In this document: piece by piece, positions 58,028 to 64,000 of the stretch
Position numbering within the stretch: the first letter of the stretch is position 1
Layout of the letters: each line of letters opens with the position of its first letter
DNA from: an uncultured Gammaproteobacteria bacterium
GTDB lineage: Bacteria > Patescibacteriota > Microgenomatia > UBA8517
Direction of reading: 5' to 3'
Assembly: GCA_964627195.1 (NCBI GenBank)
Contig: CAZVJU010000003.1
Span: 14,854 to 78,853, forward strand
Length of the DNA: 64,000 nt
Translations under genes and position numbers: made by a program
Notes under the pieces: model-generated
Databases searched by the model: none
The model's input: the letters and a program-made list of their open reading frames with translations, nothing else
Told to the model about the DNA's origin: nothing

Positions 58028-58642
58028 ATGACTAGCAACTTCAGAAAAGTATTTTCGATCTTCAAAAAGTACTACAAATTAGTTCCACTAGAATATTTTA
58101 AGAAAGATCCGTATAAAACATTAATTTCAACAGTCCTTTCCTCACGTACAAAAGATGAAACCACACTTGAAGCTTCTAAGAGACTATTCCAAAAAGCCCA
58201 TAATATTAAAACACTTCACCAATTAAGCAATTTAACAATTCAACACTTAATCTTTCCGGTGGGTTTTTATAAAACTAAGGCAAGACATCTTAATATGCTT
58301 GCCGAAAAGATGTCAGAAGAATTCAAAGGAAAAATACCAACTAATCGCGAAGATCTAATGAAACTCCCGGGCGTTGGGAGAAAAACAGCAAACCTTGTAT
58401 TAAACCGGGCTTTTGGAGTTCCGGCTATAGCGGTTGACACTCACGTTCACAGAATCTCAAATTTATTAGGTTGGGTCAAAACACAAACTCCGCAAGAAAC
58501 TGAGAAAGAATTGGTCAAAATACTTCCGAAAAAATACTGGAGCGATATGAACCGTCTTTTCGTATCAATCGGCCGCCAGTTTACTACAAAGCAAAAACTT
58601 GAAGACTTTTTAAGAAGATATGATTTAGTTGCTGGCAACTAG
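58028..58642 (+). CDS. nth: Endonuclease III (HhH-GPD) lacking the Fe-S motif
   Basis: LISTVLSSRTKD, LPGVGRKTANLV, AVDTHVHRI. Confidence 0.88.
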   Translation: MTSNFRKVFSIFKKYYKLVPLEYFKKDPYKTLISTVLSSRTKDETTLEASKRLFQKAHNIKTLHQLSNLTIQHLIFPVGFYKTKARHLNMLAEKMSEEFKGKIPTNREDLMKLPGVGRKTANLVLNRAFGVPAIAVDTHVHRISNLLGWVKTQTPQETEKELVKILPKKYWSDMNRLFVSIGRQFTTKQKLEDFLRRYDLVAGN

Positions 58643-58645
58643 TAG

Positions 58646-59281
58646 TTAGTAGGCTGTGATTGCGACGGCGAAGGTGTTTTGGGCATAAATACAACTCCAA
58701 ACGTATTCTCCCCCTTCCAAAAGTTTTTTATGACCCAGGGTGTTTTCCCACAAAGAAACAGTTTTTTCCGGCGTCTCTCCCCCCATGGCCAAAAACTCTG
58801 CCATGTTTCCATACTTCTCGAAAATCCATTTTAAATCAACTCGTCTCTCCGCCATATTGCTAAATCCTACATGACCATCTAATTTGCCTAGTTCCAGTAG
58901 TTCGTTTAATCGAATTGAGGCAATTGTACAAAGCTCATCTCTCTGCTGGAGTGGATTAACACCCCGTTCCCCTCTTTTGTTATTAACGGCTGCCCACAGT
59001 TCAGGCCCACCCCAGTCAGCTTTTCGTGTAATCGCAACTTTAGGCAACAGTGTAGGTTGCGGGGTAGGTGTAGTAGTCGGACTGGGAGATATGTCAGATC
59101 TTTGCTCAATCAACTGGGCAAGTAATTCCTCTCCGCCCTTTCTCTTCCCGGCAACATAACCTTGCATTAAACCTAAGATATAGATAGCCAGAAACAAAGT
59201 AACAATAAAAGAAATAGCTAACACCGAGAGGATATTATCCGCAATGTATTTCACTGATATTTGTGTCTTAAAAAAGTTCAT
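58646..59281 (-). CDS. CAP/SCP domain membrane-anchored protein
   Basis: VN..R...G..PL, H..F, W....GHK..L. Confidence 0.75.
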   Translation of the reverse strand: MNFFKTQISVKYIADNILSVLAISFIVTLFLAIYILGLMQGYVAGKRKGGEELLAQLIEQRSDISPSPTTTPTPQPTLLPKVAITRKADWGGPELWAAVNNKRGERGVNPLQQRDELCTIASIRLNELLELGKLDGHVGFSNMAERRVDLKWIFEKYGNMAEFLAMGGETPEKTVSLWENTLGHKKLLEGGEYVWSCIYAQNTFAVAITAY

Positions 59282-59284
59282 ATC

Positions 59285-59722
59285 TCAAACAATTATGGTT
59301 ACAGGGCCATCCAATTTAGCTTGGATCTTCATATATTCTCCGAAACTTCCTGTCTCAACCTTCACATTAAGACTCCTAAGTTTAGCGATAAAATGGTCGT
59401 ATATTTTCTTAGCGTATTCGGGTCTGGCCGCCTTAATAAAGGAGGGCCTATTGCCGCCACTTGTATCAGCATACAAAGTAAACTGGGATACAGCCAAAAC
59501 CTCACCTGCCACTCCTTGAATAGAAAGGTTCATTTTGTCTTGCTGATCTGCCATTATACGCATTTTTGCTAATTTTTCAGCTAAAACTGCTGCGTCTGCC
59601 TCTGAATCTTTTTCACCGATGCCGACTAAAACTAGAAGCCCTTTGCCGATTTCGCCTACTAATTTAGTTGTCTTGGCAACCTCAACTGAAGCACTTTCAA
59701 CCCTTTGTATGACCAAGCGCAT
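59285..59722 (-). CDS. dtd: D-aminoacyl-tRNA deacylase
   Basis: MRLVIQRV, SQFTL, GNRPSF, DGPVT. Confidence 0.95.
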   Translation of the reverse strand: MRLVIQRVESASVEVAKTTKLVGEIGKGLLVLVGIGEKDSEADAAVLAEKLAKMRIMADQQDKMNLSIQGVAGEVLAVSQFTLYADTSGGNRPSFIKAARPEYAKKIYDHFIAKLRSLNVKVETGSFGEYMKIQAKLDGPVTIIV

Positions 59723-59754
59723 AGACATATTGTATTTCAGGAAGGGTCTCTTGT

Positions 59755-59967
59755 TCAAATTTTGGGGTTTTTGCCTTTCTCAAGAATTTCCCAAAAATAC
59801 TTAATGATGAAGATTATCCAACCTACAACTATCACTAAAAAAATAAAATTAAAGACAAATCCCTGCGGTCTCACATAAGCATACAATAAGCCGATTACAA
59901 AAATAAACAATAGTCCCCCCAAAAAAACAAAATACTCCGCTATAAATCGGATAACTTTTTTAAACAT
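59755..59967 (-). CDS. Small two-TM membrane protein
   Basis: 70 aa hydrophobic ORF. Confidence 0.6.
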   Translation of the reverse strand: MFKKVIRFIAEYFVFLGGLLFIFVIGLLYAYVRPQGFVFNFIFLVIVVGWIIFIIKYFWEILEKGKNPKI

Positions 59968-60061
59968 TTCTCACTTAAATCATAGCTCTTTTTAGTCCTT
60001 CTGTCTTCTCTGAAGTTTTCAAAAATATATGACAAGTGATACTAAGTTTGATGCTTTATAA

Positions 60062-60598
60062 TTACTCTTCAACTATTAACTTTCCAATTTGTCCCATTTT
60101 TCTATGTTGGCCAACTGAACAATAATATTCAAACGTACCAACTTTATCTGCAACAAAGTTAATAGTCGTAGTTTCTCCTGCTTTGATTACCTCTCCATCA
60201 ACTGCCAGTTCATCAATATTAAAATCATGCATCATATCTTTTGCGCTGAGGATAACTTGAACTGTTTGACCTTTTTTTACCTTGACTTCTTTGGGATTGT
60301 AGTAGAAACTTCCTGCCTCAATATTTATAGTTTGTACTTGAGAATTATTTTCAACAGCCACCTCATCACCAACTATAGTCGGTTCTGTGACACTTGATTT
60401 CACACCCTGAACAGATTCTTGAGACGAAGCACTAGTAGTCGCTTGCTTTCCCAAACGTTTTACTAAAAACGTACCAACAACTACGAGCAGCACAATCGCA
60501 ATTCCCCAATAAAGCATAGGATTTGTTGATTTCGGATTTGGGGACACTTGCGTCTGTTGTAACTCTACGTTTTCTTTATCTTCATGCATAGTTATCAC
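60062..60598 (-). CDS. Cupredoxin-domain protein
   Basis: H.F, YYCSVGQHRKMGQ.G (Gln in the axial Met position). Confidence 0.85.
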   Translation of the reverse strand: MITMHEDKENVELQQTQVSPNPKSTNPMLYWGIAIVLLVVVGTFLVKRLGKQATTSASSQESVQGVKSSVTEPTIVGDEVAVENNSQVQTINIEAGSFYYNPKEVKVKKGQTVQVILSAKDMMHDFNIDELAVDGEVIKAGETTTINFVADKVGTFEYYCSVGQHRKMGQIGKLIVEE

Positions 60599-60705
60599 CT
60601 CCTATCGCAGAGATATTATATGTGCCCAAGATCGCTTAGTCTACCAGGCAAAACTGAGGAAAGGCTGAAAATAGAACTGATATTGTATAATAGGACTAGT
60701 TATAT

Positions 60706-62196
60706 ATGCAATTAACACAAAAGGGTAAAGTTTACGCGTTAATTCTTCTCACCTCAGCACTTTTTTCGATTTCTGTAGTTACTTTCGGGTTTTTCCCCTA
60801 TTTTGGCCTCTCCGTATCCTTTATTGCTTTTATCTTTTTAGCCTACTATATAAAGAAAGATAAAACTCCGCTCGCTAAAATGTTCTTTCTTATTGCTCTT
60901 ATTCTGTCTGTCTTTTTAGCAATAAGAAGCGAGGGTGGGATAATTCTTCTTAATCTTGGCGCAATTTTCTACTTCGGAGCGCTTACACTACTATCCGAAA
61001 AGGAAAGTAGATTGGATAATTGGATTTATATATTTATAGCGCCTTTTTTTCTTTTTTCAAAAAGTCTTTTTACCAAAAATGACTATAATTTTGAATTAAA
61101 AAATTCTTTGACAAGAAAAGAAGGAGCTGAAAAAGTCATAAATTCACTTGTCGTAACCCTTGTAACCATATTAGTATTGGTCATTATTATCCCACTATTG
61201 GCTTCCGTAAACCCTTTCTTCGAAAAAATAGTTAGTAATCTGATAGACACACTTAGGCTACGGGATATTAAAATTACGGAAAAGTTATTCGAATGGAGTC
61301 TGAGGCTGGCATTTTTCTTTTTTCTCGTACTAATCGTCCCCAAATTGGCAACTTTTGTTAATAAGAAGTCTGGTCTTTCAGTCCTTTCATATCCGTCTTT
61401 TAATCTTTTAGTACCGAAAATTGCAGTAGCCTTGGTATTATCATTATTTTTTGTAACTCAACTTCAATTATATTTTTCTTCCGCCCAAACGCTGCAGGAT
61501 TTGGGGTACACCTACTCAAAATACACAAGAGAAGTTTTTGCTCAACTTTCGTTTGTGGCCGTTATTATCTTAGGCCTGATATATAACGATCAAACGAAAC
61601 AAAAAATAAATAGAAATTTAACCGTAGCGCTGGCAATTCAAGGGCTATTTCTAACATTTATGGCCTACAAAAGCGTTTATGAATATAGTATGGCCTGGGG
61701 TTTTACTTATAAAAGACTATTCGGTTTTACTATTGCCACTTGGATTTTGGGTGTATTTGCCATCTATCTGTTTACTTTTTACAGAAATCTTGGAAAAGGC
61801 ATATTCATCGTCCGGACTCTCATTTTCTCAGGACTAGTTCTTATTGCAGTAAACGCTTTAAACTTTGACTACCTCATCTATCATTTTCGAAAAGCTTCAA
61901 CTGGACAGGGAGTTGATCACAAGTATCTCACACGACTCTCAAGCGACTCCCTTTCATACAAAAATCAGCTTTACGAAATTACCCAGATATCCTCGGAAAC
62001 ACTAAGTGAGTCAGAAAAAAACCAAGCCGCCTCATACGGTTTATGGATGCTGCTTTATAAGATCGAACGATTACAGGAAAAATATGACAAACTTGATGTT
62101 CGAGGTTTTAACCTGCTGGAATATTTGCAATATCGGCAAATCAAAGATATAGACACCCAAATAGTCAGAAATAAATATGGGTTGCCTTTCCGCTAA
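60706..62196 (+). CDS. DUF4153/DUF4173 family membrane protein
   Basis: YS.Y.RE.F.QL, Y...WGFT.KRL, D..YL..LS.D. Confidence 0.8.
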   Translation: MQLTQKGKVYALILLTSALFSISVVTFGFFPYFGLSVSFIAFIFLAYYIKKDKTPLAKMFFLIALILSVFLAIRSEGGIILLNLGAIFYFGALTLLSEKESRLDNWIYIFIAPFFLFSKSLFTKNDYNFELKNSLTRKEGAEKVINSLVVTLVTILVLVIIIPLLASVNPFFEKIVSNLIDTLRLRDIKITEKLFEWSLRLAFFFFLVLIVPKLATFVNKKSGLSVLSYPSFNLLVPKIAVALVLSLFFVTQLQLYFSSAQTLQDLGYTYSKYTREVFAQLSFVAVIILGLIYNDQTKQKINRNLTVALAIQGLFLTFMAYKSVYEYSMAWGFTYKRLFGFTIATWILGVFAIYLFTFYRNLGKGIFIVRTLIFSGLVLIAVNALNFDYLIYHFRKASTGQGVDHKYLTRLSSDSLSYKNQLYEITQISSETLSESEKNQAASYGLWMLLYKIERLQEKYDKLDVRGFNLLEYLQYRQIKDIDTQIVRNKYGLPFR

Positions 62197-62260
62197 TAGA
62201 AGTCCACATCTTATGCCGTGGTCCTTCGAGCTACATTCGCCTTCGGCGAATGAATTTTCA
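62194..62260. mobile_element. Palindromic MITE-like element family A, partial copy 3
   Basis: TAATAGAAGTCCAC...GCCGTGGTCCTTCGAGCTACATTCGCCTTCGGCGAATGAATTTTCA between convergent genes. Confidence 0.75.
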
Positions 62261-63025
62261 TTTCAAATTACTTCTTTTCCTAAATAAGTTAAGGCTTGTT
62301 TTTAGTTCCTCATGGGTATTTATTCCAATGCCGATATAGTCAAAAGAGACATTTACAGGAACCACTTTATATCCCATATCTTTGGCTATTTTAATTAAGT
62401 CAGTTAAGTAATATTCGCCACTGACAGGTGATTTCTTAATCCTTTTGAGTCCCTCGACAATAAAATTATAGCGGAAACAATAAAGTCCAGCGTTTAGTTC
62501 TTTTATCTTCCTCTCCTCTTGGTTTGCATCTTTTTGTTCTACAATTCCCGACACATTGCCGCTTTTATCCCGGATAATCCTACCCCAGGCTAACGAATCC
62601 GGGTTTTCATAGTCGCAGGTTAACAGACTTATTACTTTGTCTTTTTCATCCAGTTCATAACTTAATTGAACTATAATTTCCGGAGTATAAAACATCATAT
62701 GATCTCCGTAACCAACCCAAACTTTTTCCGGTTTCCAACCTTTCTCTTTTATCTTTTCCACTGCTATTTTAACTGCATGACCCGTTCCCAATCTAACCTT
62801 CTGCAGTGCAAAGTATATTTTGCTATCACCTTTTAAAGCTTCAATTACGCTTTCCGATTGCAAACCTACTATCACAATTGTCTTATCGGCAACTTGTGAA
62901 AACAAATCCGTACCATACTTAACCAAAGGCTTACCTCCAAATTCAACACTGGTTTTGTTAAATAGAGTTGTCTTGAATCTTTTTCCTTTTCCTCCTGCAA
63001 GTACAATACCAATATTCATAGGCAT
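62258..63025 (-). CDS. Sugar-phosphate nucleotidyltransferase, GlmU N-terminal domain only
   Basis: LAGGKGKRF, Q..RLGTGHAV, GRIIRD, IVEQKDA, E.NAG.Y, GEYYLTD, GINT. Confidence 0.85.
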   Translation of the reverse strand: MPMNIGIVLAGGKGKRFKTTLFNKTSVEFGGKPLVKYGTDLFSQVADKTIVIVGLQSESVIEALKGDSKIYFALQKVRLGTGHAVKIAVEKIKEKGWKPEKVWVGYGDHMMFYTPEIIVQLSYELDEKDKVISLLTCDYENPDSLAWGRIIRDKSGNVSGIVEQKDANQEERKIKELNAGLYCFRYNFIVEGLKRIKKSPVSGEYYLTDLIKIAKDMGYKVVPVNVSFDYIGIGINTHEELKTSLNLFRKRSNLK

Positions 63026-63040
63026 GAGTATAATACCACT

Positions 63041-63706
63041 TTAAGGCAAACAATTCGGCCAGATTCCGCCTTTTCCTATGGACAAAAGAAAAGACGCTGT
63101 CTGAACAGCTTCTTCAGCATTTAAACGAAGGGTGGGATCAGCATCTTCCCCTATCAAAAGTCTGTTATTTTTCCAGGTATTTGTGGAGAATTGATATAGA
63201 CCTAGATAATCGCCATTCTTCGCCCTTGGGTTAAAATCCGACTCACAATCTGCAATATGCCTTAACGCATTGGGATCAACTGCATACTGGCCGGCAAATC
63301 TTTCGATGAACCCCTGGATCTCTTCCGAGGTATATTGCGGCTGCAGTACAAGACTGGGTGTAGGAACTCTAGTCGGAGTAGATGAAGGGTTCGCTGTTGG
63401 AGTTAAAGTAACAGCTAAAGTCGGTTTTAAGGTTGGAGTTCGAGTAGGAACCTCTGAAGGCTCAGGTGATTCAATAGGTAGAGATGTTGTACTCTTAGAC
63501 ATAACTAGCTTCTCATCTTCGTCTGGAATAGTAGTTATTTCAGACAATTGATCTTCTAATACTTGTTTACCAAAGTACTCTTTGGCCAAGCTCTGCTTAT
63601 TATCAGAAATTGAATTTGGCTGAAGCAGCACGTTTTGCGAGGACAACAGAGTATAAGCAGAGACCACAGAAATAATTGTGGAAAACAAAAATACTAAAAA
63701 GGGCAT
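63041..63706 (-). CDS. Lytic transglycosylase-like (SLT/Rpf-type) exported protein
   Basis: IADCES.FNP.A, GLYQF...TW, WPNC; Pro/Thr linker. Confidence 0.8.
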   Translation of the reverse strand: MPFLVFLFSTIISVVSAYTLLSSQNVLLQPNSISDNKQSLAKEYFGKQVLEDQLSEITTIPDEDEKLVMSKSTTSLPIESPEPSEVPTRTPTLKPTLAVTLTPTANPSSTPTRVPTPSLVLQPQYTSEEIQGFIERFAGQYAVDPNALRHIADCESDFNPRAKNGDYLGLYQFSTNTWKNNRLLIGEDADPTLRLNAEEAVQTASFLLSIGKGGIWPNCLP

Positions 63707-63730
63707 TGTACGGTAAATTATATCTCAGTT

Positions 63731-64000
63731 TTACTGCTTTCTCTCAACTTTAATAGTACATCCGGTAACAAATGCAGCAATTGCACCGAGAGCCGCAAAC
63801 ATAGGGGCCAAAAGAGCACCAACCACGCCGACAGTTAATGGAAAAACAACCAAAGTTTTTCCCTTCCTATCTATAATGGAAATTTTTCTGACATTACCTT
63901 CGCGTATCAGCTCTTTAACCTTCTTCAATAACTCTCCCCCATTAACATTAAAGGACTCTTCGTGGATACTTTCCGATTCTTTATCTACTTTTACCAAACT
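63731..64000 (-). CDS. DUF4342 family protein (start may lie beyond window edge)
   Basis: VKELIREGNVRKI.I, PLTVGVVG, CTIKVER. Confidence 0.85.
   Translation of the reverse strand, partial: SLVKVDKESESIHEESFNVNGGELLKKVKELIREGNVRKISIIDRKGKTLVVFPLTVGVVGALLAPMFAALGAIAAFVTGCTIKVERKQ

Noticed and set aside
1-64000. Alternative genetic code (TGA=Gly)
   Set aside because: Core genes are full-length under code 11 and TGA ends several genes at expected positions.

Overview
This window reads as a chromosomal segment of a small-genome bacterium using code 11, most consistent with Patescibacteria/CPR, Microgenomates-like (inference from gene content such as DUF5679, DUF4446, DUF3048, archaeal-type AspS, and near-leaderless genes). 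The backbone holds lon, an undecaprenyl-phosphate recycling cluster, def, dipZ, a DEAD-box helicase, a TreT/GT4/glucosidase cluster, gltX, aspS, rel, recJ, cca, secDF, nth and dtd. Two tRNAs (Glu-CTC on minus, Gln-CTG on plus) each head a variable region. The main unexplained structure is that accessory genes downstream of each tRNA are delimited by short tRNA-specific junctions: GGTTCGAA-like motif, spacer, then the cognate acceptor end (CAGCCA for Gln, GGGTCAC for Glu). The spacer is usually 5 nt longer than in the tRNA and several junctions overlap the upstream stop codon. This suggests a tRNA-anchored gene-cassette accretion system, although no integrase is present in the window. Also seen: a RAYT transposase with REP hairpins, palindromic MITE-like elements, in-frame repeat insertions in housekeeping genes, and a duplicated wHTH-NUDIX/VOC module with a conserved candidate operator. 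Family assignments come from motif recognition by eye, not from searches.
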